Shown: piece after piece, positions 38,634-49,531 of the stretch
Layout: each line of letters starts with the position of its first letter
How positions within the stretch are numbered: position 1 is the first letter of the stretch
Virus record (IMG/VR): IMGVR_UViG_3300012005_000004
Coordinates: 1 to 64,000 of that record
Direction: 5' to 3' (one strand)
DNA from: a virus
Length of the DNA: 64,000 nucleotides
Notes under the pieces: generated by a model
The model's database searches: none
Seen by the model: the letters and a program-made list of their open reading frames with translations, nothing else
What the model was told of the DNA's origin: nothing
Made by a program: the position numbers and the translations under genes

Positions 38634-41003
38634 TTACAAGAGAGTCCAGACTCTAACCCAGTCTAGCTCAAATGAATTTCCCTGGCCCTGCGGGGTGTTG
38701 TTGGTGTCTGGTATACCAGACGTGCTTAACGGACCATTCCCAAACCACAGCTGGAACAAAAGGTACATCGGGTTATTATAGTTGCAAGAAGTCCGATGAT
38801 ACTCTCTTCCATCCATGTAGAAGATCAGCGTGTTAGAATCCCAGTGCATACCCCAGATGTGGAACGCATCTCCCCAGCGCTGCAACCCAAGGTTGGTGTC
38901 CTTACCCTTAACGTAATCCAGCCGATTTGTGGGTCCACCGCCACCTGGTTGCCAGACGGTAGTCGTGAAGTCGGTGACGTTGTAGCTAGAGTCCGTGTAC
39001 AACCCATCTCCGTTACCGTAGGCCTCCATCATGTCAATCTCGTCATTCGGGTAATTCGGTCCGTCATTAAACAGCCAGAATGCTGGGAAGATTCCTTTTC
39101 CCTTCAATAGCTTACCATTCCACTCTACATAACCATGGAGCATGTTAAATGATCCTGGAGTGCTCATCTCACGACGGAAGAATTGATTCGGGGTGATGTT
39201 TGTATTTGGAAGTGATGAATCAACCAGCGGCCACAGTCGCGCAACGGTCCGCACTACAGGAGGGCTAACTGATGTATCGGTGTATGAGGTTGTGTCATAG
39301 TTAACCATCGTGTAGTTATTCATGTGATTGAGGTCCCACACGCTAGTGTTCAACACCGAATCAAATTCATCTCTAAACGCAATGTTTCCATATAGCGAAG
39401 TAGTGTTAACTAAATTACCACCAGAGTCGAGCAAGAACGGCCGCGCTGCTCCAGATGGAGCTGGGGCTGGTGTAGGTGCTGTTGGAGTCGGGACTGGAGA
39501 TGTTGTAGGAGATGGCACCGGTGAAGACGAAGCTATTCCCCATACCCTGACGTACATGATCTCAAAAGAATTACCTTTGCCAGTTAAAACCGGAGCCGCT
39601 GTTGGATCCCCAGACGCCGAACCAAGCCAAACATCAAGCAAGACATACATAGGCTTCGAGAAGTATCCATCATTCAGGTAGGTCGGTCCGATTTGCGCAC
39701 CGTCAAAGTAGAACCTAATTTCATTAGCATCCCAGTGTACCGCGTACTTGTGGAACCCAGCCGAGAGGTCAACCGCTGGTAAGAAATCTGTAAGCTTGTA
39801 CGCGTAGGGAACCTCATGGTAGCTGTAATCAGCGTTGGCCTTGTGAAGCGTGATTCCATAATTATTAGGATGGAGGCTTCCATCTGACCAACCGCTCGAC
39901 GGCCCTCCTCCAGAATAAGCTTCCATGATGTCAATCTCTGGGCGATCATTTGTCGGATGAGCATAAAGCCAGAAAGCTGGCCAAACGGCGTTACCGATAT
40001 TTAACTTCGCTTCACACTCAAAGTAACCATAAAGCTGTTCAAACTTTCCATCGGTGTTGATCGTCCGATTTTCCTTTTCGTAAGGTTGCTCAGCCCAGAT
40101 CTTCAAAGATCCACCTTCAACGGTGTAGTTATTCTTTGTATTGACAGGCATGTACCAGTCTTGCAAGATCCACTTAGCAGGATCGACGATTCCAGCTTCA
40201 AATTCATCCTGGAAAGTCATCGCTGTATACCTAGACGCTGACTGACCGTAAGGACCAATTCCTACAGGCGAAGGTGTAGGTGCTGGGGTTGGTGTCGGTC
40301 CTGGGCTCGGTGTCGGAGTAGGTGACGGAGTAGGTGCTGGGGTTGGTGTCGTCGGAGTAGGCGCTGGCGTCGGTCCTGGTCCTGGGGTTGGTGTCGTCGG
40401 AGTAGGCGCTGGCGTCGGTCCTGGTCCTGGGGTTGGTGACGGAGTAGGCGCTGGCGTTGGTGTCGCCGACACGGGTGGAACAGACGGAGAAAAGATAGGG
40501 CTGGGAACAGGGACGGAGACAGGAGCTACGATCGGCGGTGGCAGCGCCAACGCGTTAAATTTTAACGGCGACGGTTTTTCAACGTTATTCTTCTGAGTAT
40601 ACATGACCGTGATCATTGAGTACCCGACCGTGTTTGCACCTCCAACTTGAGTATAGATCGTTCCGCTAAGGCCACCAGGCGCATCAGGTGGAACCGAAGA
40701 CATATTATACAGGTTGGTTGGAGTGAACGGTATGTCAACCCGTCCGATGAATGAGCTCGGGATCGGTTGCGTGTATTCATTTCCTCCTGGTGTGACTCCA
40801 ATAGAGATGAAACCACCTCCATCAAACGGAATGGGAACGTCACAAAGGAGATGAAGGATTTGGGATCCTACAGGAACCATAATGTTTACTGCTGGCGCTT
40901 GCGGCGTCAGAGATGCCACTTGAGATAAAACAACTAACCCAGTATTATCTTGGGGTAAATTGTCAGCGCGAATTGTTCCTACCCGTACCGGATCTTGTTT
41001 CAT
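38634..41003 (-). CDS. Protein with N-terminal beta domain, Pro/Thr linkers and two GH16 (laminarinase-like) domains
   Basis: Two F.DEF...YG.FE/VE..K...G..PAFWL...EID(I/M)ME...FH...W...F..DG modules; PT-rich linkers. Confidence 0.88.
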   Translation of the reverse strand: MKQDPVRVGTIRADNLPQDNTGLVVLSQVASLTPQAPAVNIMVPVGSQILHLLCDVPIPFDGGGFISIGVTPGGNEYTQPIPSSFIGRVDIPFTPTNLYNMSSVPPDAPGGLSGTIYTQVGGANTVGYSMITVMYTQKNNVEKPSPLKFNALALPPPIVAPVSVPVPSPIFSPSVPPVSATPTPAPTPSPTPGPGPTPAPTPTTPTPGPGPTPAPTPTTPTPAPTPSPTPTPSPGPTPTPAPTPSPVGIGPYGQSASRYTAMTFQDEFEAGIVDPAKWILQDWYMPVNTKNNYTVEGGSLKIWAEQPYEKENRTINTDGKFEQLYGYFECEAKLNIGNAVWPAFWLYAHPTNDRPEIDIMEAYSGGGPSSGWSDGSLHPNNYGITLHKANADYSYHEVPYAYKLTDFLPAVDLSAGFHKYAVHWDANEIRFYFDGAQIGPTYLNDGYFSKPMYVLLDVWLGSASGDPTAAPVLTGKGNSFEIMYVRVWGIASSSPVPSPTTSPVPTPTAPTPAPAPSGAARPFLLDSGGNLVNTTSLYGNIAFRDEFDSVLNTSVWDLNHMNNYTMVNYDTTSYTDTSVSPPVVRTVARLWPLVDSSLPNTNITPNQFFRREMSTPGSFNMLHGYVEWNGKLLKGKGIFPAFWLFNDGPNYPNDEIDMMEAYGNGDGLYTDSSYNVTDFTTTVWQPGGGGPTNRLDYVKGKDTNLGLQRWGDAFHIWGMHWDSNTLIFYMDGREYHRTSCNYNNPMYLLFQLWFGNGPLSTSGIPDTNNTPQGQGNSFELDWVRVWTLL
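40337..40438. repeat. Perfect 45-nt tandem duplication in Pro/Thr linker
   Basis: CTGGGGTTGGTGTCGTCGGAGTAGGCGCTGGCGTCGGTCCTGGTC x2 plus partial third copy. Confidence 0.85.
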
Positions 41004-41018
41004 ATCTTATATAATTTG

Positions 41019-41678
41019 TTAGTTAACTACACTAAACAGAAAGATGTAGTTTACATCGATTAGATCATCTGGATCATTGTCTAAAACCGATAGAGTTACC
41101 TTCAGCTTAATTTGACGACCCTGATAAATTATCTCAACGGCCATAGGATGTTCTATCCCACCGTCGAAGCAGAATGGAAGTTCATCCTTCAGACATTCAT
41201 TGCAAACTAGATACTTTTCTGTTGAATCCTTGACTCTATCGAGTAGACGTTGGCTAAGATCGCTGAAGAAATTTTCCCGTAAGATAGGCTTCGCCACGAT
41301 GTTACCGTTCGCATCATGTAGGTTATTTCCGCACTCGATTACCTCAACCAAAGTTTTTCCGATAACGTCTTTTTCTTGGAGACCAAAAATTTTAAGTCCC
41401 GTTCTATTTAAGTGAGTGATTTTTCCAGAAGAGTCCATGATGATTAGACCTTCCCTCAACTTAGCTGAGATCGATGTCAGACTTTTACGAGCTGTCTTAC
41501 ATTCCTTAGAGATCTTTTCACTTAGCTTACTAGACATCTCTTGAGTTTGACGCACAGCTTCTTCTAAATCTCTACCGATCTTCTCAACTTCAGCTAATTT
41601 ATCTTTGATTTCATTGCGGTGAGCCTCTAGCTTCTCGGCCGGCAAAGCCGCCGCAGGTGACTTTGAGTTAAAGAACAT
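41019..41678 (-). CDS. Coiled-coil + PAS domain protein
   Basis: LREGLIIMD..GKI..LN......FG....VIGK PAS signature. Confidence 0.75.
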   Translation of the reverse strand: MFFNSKSPAAALPAEKLEAHRNEIKDKLAEVEKIGRDLEEAVRQTQEMSSKLSEKISKECKTARKSLTSISAKLREGLIIMDSSGKITHLNRTGLKIFGLQEKDVIGKTLVEVIECGNNLHDANGNIVAKPILRENFFSDLSQRLLDRVKDSTEKYLVCNECLKDELPFCFDGGIEHPMAVEIIYQGRQIKLKVTLSVLDNDPDDLIDVNYIFLFSVVN

Positions 41679-41698
41679 AGGAGTTTCCTCTTTTGATA

Positions 41699-41989
41699 TT
41701 ACAGTTTGGCGCCGATTGTTGCGATCAATACTCGTAGCTCTGTTAGAGCTTGAACTACGCTAATTTGACCTTCCTGATACTTGTCTATGACAGTTAGTAG
41801 GTCTTTACGATCTTCTTCGATCTGCTTCTGAAACATCTCAACAAGTTGCTTTTGTTCTTTCTTGAGCTCTATTTCCCTACGAATATATACGTATACACTA
41901 CCACCAGCGAGAAATAGCAAGATGGCCATGATGGCTGGATTGCCAGCAGCCAAGATCGGCGCGAGCAGCTCGTGGATGAAGCTTTCCAT
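41699..41989 (-). CDS. Small single-TM coiled-coil protein (holin-like)
   Basis: One TM helix then coiled coil; AAGGA SD; GTAAATA box upstream. Confidence 0.65.
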   Translation of the reverse strand: MESFIHELLAPILAAGNPAIMAILLFLAGGSVYVYIRREIELKKEQKQLVEMFQKQIEEDRKDLLTVIDKYQEGQISVVQALTELRVLIATIGAKL

Positions 41990-42219
41990 TTGTTATCCTT
42001 CGTTTATTGGTACAGATAAGCTATTTACAAAAAATTTCATAACTCTTTTGAATTTTTCATTTCTTTTATAGGAAAGATAGATTACAATAGACTCGTACAC
42101 TCGAATTTGGTGAAGTAGTTCACCCACACACCTCGGCTCTAACGAGCTTGCCAATGGCACGGTGGTAGTTACACTGCTGCTCGTAGTAAAGTTCTACAAA
42201 CAAACCTAAAGGAAATTAG

Positions 42220-44208
42220 ATGGGCAAACTTCTTGAACGTTTCATGACGGACCTAGGCGGACGATCAACAGATGATCTAATCCCACTCGAAGATTATCTC
42301 GAGCTCTGTAAGACAACCCCAGCAGTTTACGCATCTCCAGCTCAGCGTATGCTTAAGGCTATCGGTGATCCAATCACGATCGACACGCGCAACGACACCC
42401 GGCTGGCCAAGGTGTTCGGCAACAAGATCATCCGTCAGTATCCAGCATTCAAGGATTTCTACGGCATGGAAGACGCGATCGAAAACATCGTGTCGTACTT
42501 CAAACACTCCGCTCAGGGTCTTGAAGAATCTAAGCAGATCCTGTACTTGCTTGGACCGGTCGGCGGCGGTAAATCGTCTTTGGCTGAAAAGCTAAAAGCT
42601 TTGATGGAAGATGTTCCGGTCTACATTCTCTGCACCCATGAAAAGGAAAAGAAGAACGAACACAGCACCGTCGAGAAATTTACCACTGAAGTATCTCCGG
42701 TCTTTGAAAATCCGCTCGGGTTGTTCCACGGAAAAGAATCGTACGTTACGATGCTCGCCGAAGAATATGACATCCCAAAAACCGCGATTCGTACCATCCC
42801 ATCGCCGTGGGCTGTTAAGAAGCTCGAAAGCTACGGCTATGATTTCTCAAAGTTCTATGTCAAGAAGATCTATCCAAGCCGTCTTCGTCAAGAATGTATC
42901 GCTCGGGTTGAACCAGGCGATGAAAACAACCAGGATGTTTCTTCAATGGTCGGCGAGCTTAACATCCGCATGCTCGAAAAGTTTGACCAGGATCACCCCT
43001 ACGCTTACACCTTCTCGGGTGGATTGAACAAGGGTAATAATGGCTTGGTCGAAATGGTTGAAATGTTCAAGACCCCGATCAAGATGTTGAATCCTCTGCT
43101 GACGGCCACGCAAGATCGTAACTACACCGGTACGAAGCCGATTGGTTCGATTCCGTTTGACGGCATCATCATGGCTCACTCGAACGAATCTGAATGGTCG
43201 CAGTTTAAGAATAACAAGACAAACGAAGCGTTCCTCGATCGCGTCTACGTTGTTCACGTTCCATATTGCACACGGGTCAATGAAGAAATTTCGATTTACA
43301 AAAAGCTATTAGCTCACTCTGAACTGTTCAAGGCGCCTTGTGCTCCTGGAACTCTCGAGTTCCTCGCGCAATTCTGCGTTATGTCTCGTCTTGAAGAGCC
43401 TGGCAACTCAACTCTGTACTCAAAGATGCGAGTCTACAACGGCGAAAACGTCAAGAACGATGATCCGAAGGCTAAGCCTATCCAAGAATACAAGGATGCG
43501 GCCGGAGTCAACGAAGGCATGAAGGGTTTGTCAACTCGTTTTGCCTTCAAGATCCTCTCGAAGACGTTCAACTTTGACACCGAAGAAGTTGCGGCAAATC
43601 CGATCCACCTGATGTATGTCCTCAAGACGTCCATCGCCCACGAGCAATTTGACAGCGAAAAGAATGATGCGCTGTTGGAAAATCTCGACGGTGTGCTGTC
43701 GGACAAGTACATGGAGTTCCTCGAGAAGGATATCCGCGCATCGTTCCTGGATTCATTCCAGGACCTCTGCCAAAATGTCTTCGAGAACTACTTTTACTAC
43801 GCCGATGCGTGGGTTCAGGACCAGGAGTTCCGCGATGCAGATACAGGCGTCATGCTTGATCGGCCGGCCATCAACGCCGAGCTGGAGAAGATCGAGAAGC
43901 CTGCCGGCATCTCTAACCCGAAGGACTTCCGTAATGACATCACGAACTTTGTGATCCGTTATAAGTCTGATCATGGTGGTCAGCTGCCGAAGTGGGATTC
44001 TTTCGCTAAGATGCGGGACGTGATCGAGAAGAAAGTTTTGGCTTCGACGGATGAGATCCTTCCGGTCATCTCATTTGCACCGAAGCGCTCGGAGCAAGAC
44101 CAGAAGAAACATGAGCAGTTTGTTGGAAAGATGGCGGCGCGCGGTTACACCGAACGCCAAACTCGATTCCTTTGCGAATGGTTCATGCGTTCCAGGAAAG
44201 CGTCGTAA
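42220..44208 (+). CDS. prkA: PrkA/YeaG family AAA+ serine kinase
   Basis: LLGPVGGGKSSLAE, EPGDENNQD, EMFK, AHSNESEW, EAFLDR. Confidence 0.95.
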   Translation: MGKLLERFMTDLGGRSTDDLIPLEDYLELCKTTPAVYASPAQRMLKAIGDPITIDTRNDTRLAKVFGNKIIRQYPAFKDFYGMEDAIENIVSYFKHSAQGLEESKQILYLLGPVGGGKSSLAEKLKALMEDVPVYILCTHEKEKKNEHSTVEKFTTEVSPVFENPLGLFHGKESYVTMLAEEYDIPKTAIRTIPSPWAVKKLESYGYDFSKFYVKKIYPSRLRQECIARVEPGDENNQDVSSMVGELNIRMLEKFDQDHPYAYTFSGGLNKGNNGLVEMVEMFKTPIKMLNPLLTATQDRNYTGTKPIGSIPFDGIIMAHSNESEWSQFKNNKTNEAFLDRVYVVHVPYCTRVNEEISIYKKLLAHSELFKAPCAPGTLEFLAQFCVMSRLEEPGNSTLYSKMRVYNGENVKNDDPKAKPIQEYKDAAGVNEGMKGLSTRFAFKILSKTFNFDTEEVAANPIHLMYVLKTSIAHEQFDSEKNDALLENLDGVLSDKYMEFLEKDIRASFLDSFQDLCQNVFENYFYYADAWVQDQEFRDADTGVMLDRPAINAELEKIEKPAGISNPKDFRNDITNFVIRYKSDHGGQLPKWDSFAKMRDVIEKKVLASTDEILPVISFAPKRSEQDQKKHEQFVGKMAARGYTERQTRFLCEWFMRSRKAS

Positions 44209-44375
44209 TGAATAGCCGAGAGATGTTTGAGCAGTCATTCAAGCGTCCCTCGGACTATTTTAGGTTGACAGCCGAGCATCAATGGGAAATTGATGCTCGG
44301 CTTGGAATCCTAGATTGGGACGGGAAGAACTTGACAGAAGAAGATCATCTTAGATTTAGAAAACATTATGAATGA
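44208..44375 (+). CDS. Small hypothetical protein
   Basis: TAATG overlap; QWEID..LGILDW motif. Confidence 0.6.
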   Translation: MNSREMFEQSFKRPSDYFRLTAEHQWEIDARLGILDWDGKNLTEEDHLRFRKHYE

Positions 44376-45016
44376 GCAAATGGAGAGTATTTTACTCTCC
44401 ATTATTTTTAGAGAACATGAAAAATATAAAGATCATATCAGGGGGTCAAACAGGGGCCGACCTAGCTGGGTTGTGGGTAGCAAAGTTATTTGGATTACAG
44501 ACAGGAGGGATGGCTCCTAAGGGATGGAAGACGCTGATAGGTTCAATGCCTCAGCTTGAAACCCTATTTCAAATGGGAGAGTCCGCAAGCGGATATCATG
44601 GCAGAACATTAGAAAATTGCGAGATGTCTGACATAACGCTGATCTTTGCATCTAATATTAAGTCGCCAGGTACCAAGCTAACTCTTCACCATTGTGTCAA
44701 GAACAAGATTCACTATCAAATCTTTGCGTTCGGAGACGATGCGGTTACTGCATCAGATCAAGCACTAGGAAGATTAGTAACAGTTTTGCAAAATCAACTT
44801 GCGGTGAATGAAGATTCGATCATTAACATCGCGGGTAATTCAACCTCGACATCCTCACAGACCTTCAAGTTTACATTTCTCTTGTTGTGTAAAGCTTTTG
44901 AGCAAGTTCTCAGATTTAAACCAGAGCAGCTGAAGAATCATGGTATAGATAAGGTAGAGGCGATGGCACGAGACCGCTATGATCAATCAACTTTTGATTT
45001 TCTTACAAAAGTGTGA
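44372..45016 (+). CDS. SLOG-superfamily protein (putative MoCo-carrier / cpYpsA type)
   Basis: KIISGGQTGAD.AGL..A...G..TGG.AP.GW, RT..N...SD.TL, S.GT.LT, INIAGN. Confidence 0.8.
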   Translation: MSKWRVFYSPLFLENMKNIKIISGGQTGADLAGLWVAKLFGLQTGGMAPKGWKTLIGSMPQLETLFQMGESASGYHGRTLENCEMSDITLIFASNIKSPGTKLTLHHCVKNKIHYQIFAFGDDAVTASDQALGRLVTVLQNQLAVNEDSIINIAGNSTSTSSQTFKFTFLLLCKAFEQVLRFKPEQLKNHGIDKVEAMARDRYDQSTFDFLTKV

Positions 45017-45097
45017 GCGGTGAGATCAAAATTTCTTTTAGTATCTTTTTGAGAAGATCTATATTAGAATAGATCTAATCATGGAGAATTCAAGGAA

Positions 45098-45859
45098 ATG
45101 AAGGATAATAACTCAAAGCTTCTCGGATTCAATGTTGCACAAGCTGCCTCTCAGTTTCGCTTGATGCAGCATCACGAATTGGTTAGCTACATCTTTCGCT
45201 CGAATGGTGTTGAGGATTACCTTGATTATTTCAATGCCCACAATCCATCTAGCGATATCCCATATCACAATAAGTACCACACTTATTGTATGGCATTGAA
45301 TGTCTATGAGGCTTCTCTCTATTACAATCTTTCTATAGAAGCTCGACGAGCTCTTCTAGTTGCCGCATTATTTCACGATTATGATCATTCTGGTGGACGC
45401 AAAACTGACGACATAAACGTCGCCATAGCCGCAAATAACCTGGTTGATGCTCATAAACAGCTTGTAGAAATATACCGAACTCAACCGGTCTCCGACGTCG
45501 GAGACCACTTCGCTCACTTAACTCCAAAAGAGCTCATTGATGCGATTGAGACGTTGCTTATTACTAAATACCCCTATGATGGACCTCCAGTCACGATGCT
45601 TCAAAAGATCATTCGTGATGCGGACTTGATGCAAGTATACGAAGAAGATGCTGATCGTCTGCGACAGCAATTTCTCGGTCTAAAGGCTGAGATGGAGCTT
45701 ACGCGCGGACCCTTTACACCAGAACAATGGGGCGATGGATGTCGTGATTTTAACGATGCTACCGTCTGGCATACCCAGTGGGCCCAGGACAAGGCGGTCG
45801 CCTTGGACCAAAAGGCTTGCACGGAACATCTTAGAAATTTATTGATAGGAAACAAATGA
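45098..45859 (+). CDS. HD-domain phosphohydrolase resembling class I cyclic-nucleotide PDE core
   Basis: PYHN..H, AALFHD.DH.G, IIRDADL. Confidence 0.8.
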   Translation: MKDNNSKLLGFNVAQAASQFRLMQHHELVSYIFRSNGVEDYLDYFNAHNPSSDIPYHNKYHTYCMALNVYEASLYYNLSIEARRALLVAALFHDYDHSGGRKTDDINVAIAANNLVDAHKQLVEIYRTQPVSDVGDHFAHLTPKELIDAIETLLITKYPYDGPPVTMLQKIIRDADLMQVYEEDADRLRQQFLGLKAEMELTRGPFTPEQWGDGCRDFNDATVWHTQWAQDKAVALDQKACTEHLRNLLIGNK

Positions 45860-47241
45860 GCATCGTCATCAATGATAAGCGTAAAGTAACAAGGGATCGC
45901 ACGTCTGAAAATCGGGCTCGTTTCCTTCGACGCATCAAGGGAACCATCAAGGAACAGATGAATGATATCATCGGTGGAAAATCTCTCAAGGAGATGGACA
46001 AGACCGGTGGTAACATAAAGGTTAATCGAAAAACGATAACCGAGCCTCAGATCTGGCACACCGACGGAGGTAACGTCGATCGCGTCTTGCCTGGAAATGA
46101 TCAATATGTTCCAGGAGATACCATCCAGAAACCACGCCAAGGCGGAGGTCAAGGACGCGGCAAGAATGCAAGCGATGGTCCAAACTCTGAAGATGATTTT
46201 GTGATTGAGCTGTCTCCTAAGGAATTCATGGATTATTTCTTTGAAGACCTAGAGCTGCCAGACATGATGAAAACCCAGCTGACGAAGATCAAGGAATATA
46301 AGCGTGAAAATGCTGGATTCCAAACAGATGGATCTCCGAATCGGCTGTCGGTCATTCGATCTTACAAACAATCTTTCGCGCGCCGAATGATGATGAATGG
46401 AGTCTTCAAAGATCGCATCGCTATTCTCAACGAGCTACTTTACGTATTGACAAACTCGGAGATGCTAGCGGTGAAAATGATATCACTTCCACTTACGATT
46501 GATATCAAAGAAGCTGTGATCGAGACCGATAAGCTGCCTGAACGTGGAACATTTGAGCATGATCTTTTAGTCGCTACTGTCCAAGCTGAGATAGATCATT
46601 TGCACTTCAAGTGCGAGAACATGGCGATGTTCGAAGAGATGGACATGCGCTATAGAACTGTTATTAAGCGTGAGATTCCGATCGCACACGCTACCATGAT
46701 GATGATCATGGATAACTCAGGATCGATGGGTGAGAAGGAAAAGACGATCGCTAGGAAGTTCTTCTGGTTGCTATACTCCTTCCTGGTCCGCGCATACGAG
46801 AAAGTTGACATGGTATTCATCTCACACACCACCGAAGCATCTGAGATGACCGAAGAAGAATTCTTTAACACTCGCGAGAACGGTGGAACTATCGTATCTT
46901 CAGCTTTGGATCTCACTAACGAGATCATCCAGAAGCGTCTGTTAAATAAGACTAACATCTATGTTGCTCAAGTTTCTGATGGTGACAATGTAGATTCTGA
47001 CAATGACACTTGCATTGACATTCTTACCGATCAAATCCTCCCAAACATTCGCTACATGGCTTATGTTCAGGTAGATGATTATCATGGAGATGAAAATGCA
47101 AATGTCTATGGGAAAGGTTTATGGAGAGCTTATAAGTCGATCTCAGATACTAACTCGCGGTTGCAGATAAAACGCGTGCAAGATGAAAATAACATCTACC
47201 CTGTCTTCAGGGATTTGTTCAAAAAGAAAGAAACATCATAA
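45856..47241 (+). CDS. yeaH: YeaH/YhbH (DUF444) vWA-like protein
   Basis: NR.RFLRR, PGN..Y..GD.I.KP, FEDLELP, MDNSGSM, GGTIVSSAL, SDGDN. Confidence 0.93.
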   Translation: MSIVINDKRKVTRDRTSENRARFLRRIKGTIKEQMNDIIGGKSLKEMDKTGGNIKVNRKTITEPQIWHTDGGNVDRVLPGNDQYVPGDTIQKPRQGGGQGRGKNASDGPNSEDDFVIELSPKEFMDYFFEDLELPDMMKTQLTKIKEYKRENAGFQTDGSPNRLSVIRSYKQSFARRMMMNGVFKDRIAILNELLYVLTNSEMLAVKMISLPLTIDIKEAVIETDKLPERGTFEHDLLVATVQAEIDHLHFKCENMAMFEEMDMRYRTVIKREIPIAHATMMMIMDNSGSMGEKEKTIARKFFWLLYSFLVRAYEKVDMVFISHTTEASEMTEEEFFNTRENGGTIVSSALDLTNEIIQKRLLNKTNIYVAQVSDGDNVDSDNDTCIDILTDQILPNIRYMAYVQVDDYHGDENANVYGKGLWRAYKSISDTNSRLQIKRVQDENNIYPVFRDLFKKKETS

Positions 47242-47450
47242 TGAAAGTCAAAGTAGAGATTAAGTACCCACGGTTCGCGGTTCAGTTTGGAAGACAGATC
47301 GCCTTTGGACAGATCTACAAAGATGGTGCATTGTTCTTTGACGGATCAATCGCTCAAATTTTAGAGGTTGTTAAAGTGCAAGACTTTGAGATCGAGAACG
47401 CGCAGGAGATTCTTGACCTTATAGTTCGACTCCACGGGTTTGCTTGCTAA
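47241..47450 (+). CDS. Hypothetical protein
   Basis: TAATG overlap. Confidence 0.6.
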   Translation: MKVKVEIKYPRFAVQFGRQIAFGQIYKDGALFFDGSIAQILEVVKVQDFEIENAQEILDLIVRLHGFAC

Positions 47451-47459
47451 AAGGCAGAG

Positions 47460-47975
47460 ATGAAACTCTCAACGATTTGGCATCTTCTCGCCTTAGCGAC
47501 GGCTGCTGGTTTAGTAGCAATTTGCTATCCAGAACCTACTAAGAAACCAGAGCTTAAGCAAGTGGTTTCTACCACCTTAACTAAGGTCCCTGGAGTCTCT
47601 GAAGGTATAGAGCTGTACATAGACACCAAGACCATCGAAGATTTTGTTGATTCAAAGTCCTCAGTTCGACACGCTGTAGTGGTGTACTATTTTACAACAC
47701 CACTTGTCATTAGAGGTAAGGATGTTTATTACATGCAAAAAGATGCTTTTTATGCATGTGATGATAATCTCTTCTTAAACGGTGATATAATCTTCTATGA
47801 CAAGGCCGCCAGCCAGCTTTTCAAAGGACCAACTGGTGTCGGTGTTGAAAAACCAGAGAAGGATACAAACTCAGAGGTTGAGATGAAATTTATCTGTGGC
47901 TCCAATGTTACAAAGAAGTCAGCTCCAAAGAGCTCAATCGGCCCAATAAAGCCACTTAATCACATTTACATTTAA
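47460..47975 (+). CDS. Exported hypothetical protein
   Basis: N-terminal hydrophobic signal; two Cys in C-terminal domain. Confidence 0.65.
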   Translation: MKLSTIWHLLALATAAGLVAICYPEPTKKPELKQVVSTTLTKVPGVSEGIELYIDTKTIEDFVDSKSSVRHAVVVYYFTTPLVIRGKDVYYMQKDAFYACDDNLFLNGDIIFYDKAASQLFKGPTGVGVEKPEKDTNSEVEMKFICGSNVTKKSAPKSSIGPIKPLNHIYI

Positions 47976-47986
47976 GGAGCATTAAC

Positions 47987-49531
47987 TTGTCCGAAGATAA
48001 ACTATTATTCAAGGCCGGTGATGATTGGACGTTTGAGATGCTCGATAAGATCTGGACCGAGATCGAGATCATCGCTAAGGAAGAGCTGCGAATTCCTTAT
48101 TACAAACCACAGATTGAAGTTATCACAGCACGACAGATGCTTGATGCTTATACCTCTGTCGGTATGCCAACATACTACAAACACTGGTCATACGGTAAGG
48201 AATTTGTCCAAAGCGAGAAGCAGTATCTCAATGGACAGATGGGTCTCGCTTACGAGATTGTCATTAACTCTGACCCATGCATCGCTTACCTGATGGAAGA
48301 AAACAATGCCCTGATGCAAACCTTGGTCATGGCTCACGCTTCAGTCGGCCACGCGGCGGTTTTCACGAACAACTACCTATTCCGCCAGAACACAGACGCG
48401 TCGGCGATCGTAGATTATCTCAACTTTGCTAGGGATTACCTGAAAAAGTGCGAGGAAAAGTATGGCTTTGATGAGGTAGAAGGTGTACTAGATGCATGCC
48501 ATGCGTTATCGAACTACGGTGTCGATAAGTACAAGCGTCCACCAAAGATTTCGGCTGACAAAGAAGCTAAGAAAGCGATGGAGCGCTTTGAGCGCGAATT
48601 TGCTGACTACGATCCGATCTGGGCTAAGATCGGAAAACGGAAGGCTGATGCTAAGGATGTAAATCCTGTCACTGATACTAAGCTTGCTGAATCACAGGAA
48701 AACATCCTCTATTTTATCGAGAAAAATGCTCCACACCTTCCAGGTTGGAAACGTGAGGTCATCCGCATCGTACGGAAGATCAGTCATTATTTCTCACCGC
48801 AGCGTGCCACCAAGGTTCTGAATGAAGGGTACGCATCATTCACCCACTTCTACATTATGAATCGACTTCATGAGAAGGGTTTCATCGACGGTGGTTCGAT
48901 GATTGAATTCTTCGCTAGCCACAGCGGAGTTCTAACTCAACATAAATTTTCACAGTTCAACCCGTACAAGCTTGGTTTTTCGATCTTCATGGACATCAAG
49001 AGGATGGGTGAGGATCCAACCGATGAAGATCGATTATACTTTCCTGACCTTGCTGGAAAAGACTGGGTCACCGAGATTAACTATGCGATGAAGAACTTCA
49101 AGGATGAAACATTTATCCTTCAGTACCTATCTCCAAAGGTCGCTCGAGACATGCAGTTGTTCGTAATTAACTCAGAGTCGACAGGAGCTACACAATACGG
49201 CGTAACCGAGATCAGTAACCTTGAGGGTTTTGAAACTTTGCGTAAGAAATTGGCCGCACAGTTCGCGATGGAAAATATCATCCCCGACATCCAAATTTCA
49301 AACGTTGATTACAAGCGCTCACGAAAGCTTACTCTTGAGCACCTGGTTAAGAACGGGAAGCCAATCAATATTGATGATACTCGTCGCGTTGTCCAACACG
49401 TCGCCGATCTGTGGGAATACTCAGTCACGCTAGATACCTTCGAATATGACAAGGAAGATGATGCAACCAAGCTTCACATCACAGCCCTTGGAAAATACTC
49501 AATGAAATCATATGAAGAAACCCACAGTTAA
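47987..49531 (+). CDS. spoVR: SpoVR/YcgB family protein
   Basis: GMP..Y.HWS.GK, GLAYEIVINSDPCIAYL, TKVLNEG.A, NPY.LG. Confidence 0.95.
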   Translation: MSEDKLLFKAGDDWTFEMLDKIWTEIEIIAKEELRIPYYKPQIEVITARQMLDAYTSVGMPTYYKHWSYGKEFVQSEKQYLNGQMGLAYEIVINSDPCIAYLMEENNALMQTLVMAHASVGHAAVFTNNYLFRQNTDASAIVDYLNFARDYLKKCEEKYGFDEVEGVLDACHALSNYGVDKYKRPPKISADKEAKKAMERFEREFADYDPIWAKIGKRKADAKDVNPVTDTKLAESQENILYFIEKNAPHLPGWKREVIRIVRKISHYFSPQRATKVLNEGYASFTHFYIMNRLHEKGFIDGGSMIEFFASHSGVLTQHKFSQFNPYKLGFSIFMDIKRMGEDPTDEDRLYFPDLAGKDWVTEINYAMKNFKDETFILQYLSPKVARDMQLFVINSESTGATQYGVTEISNLEGFETLRKKLAAQFAMENIIPDIQISNVDYKRSRKLTLEHLVKNGKPINIDDTRRVVQHVADLWEYSVTLDTFEYDKEDDATKLHITALGKYSMKSYEETHS

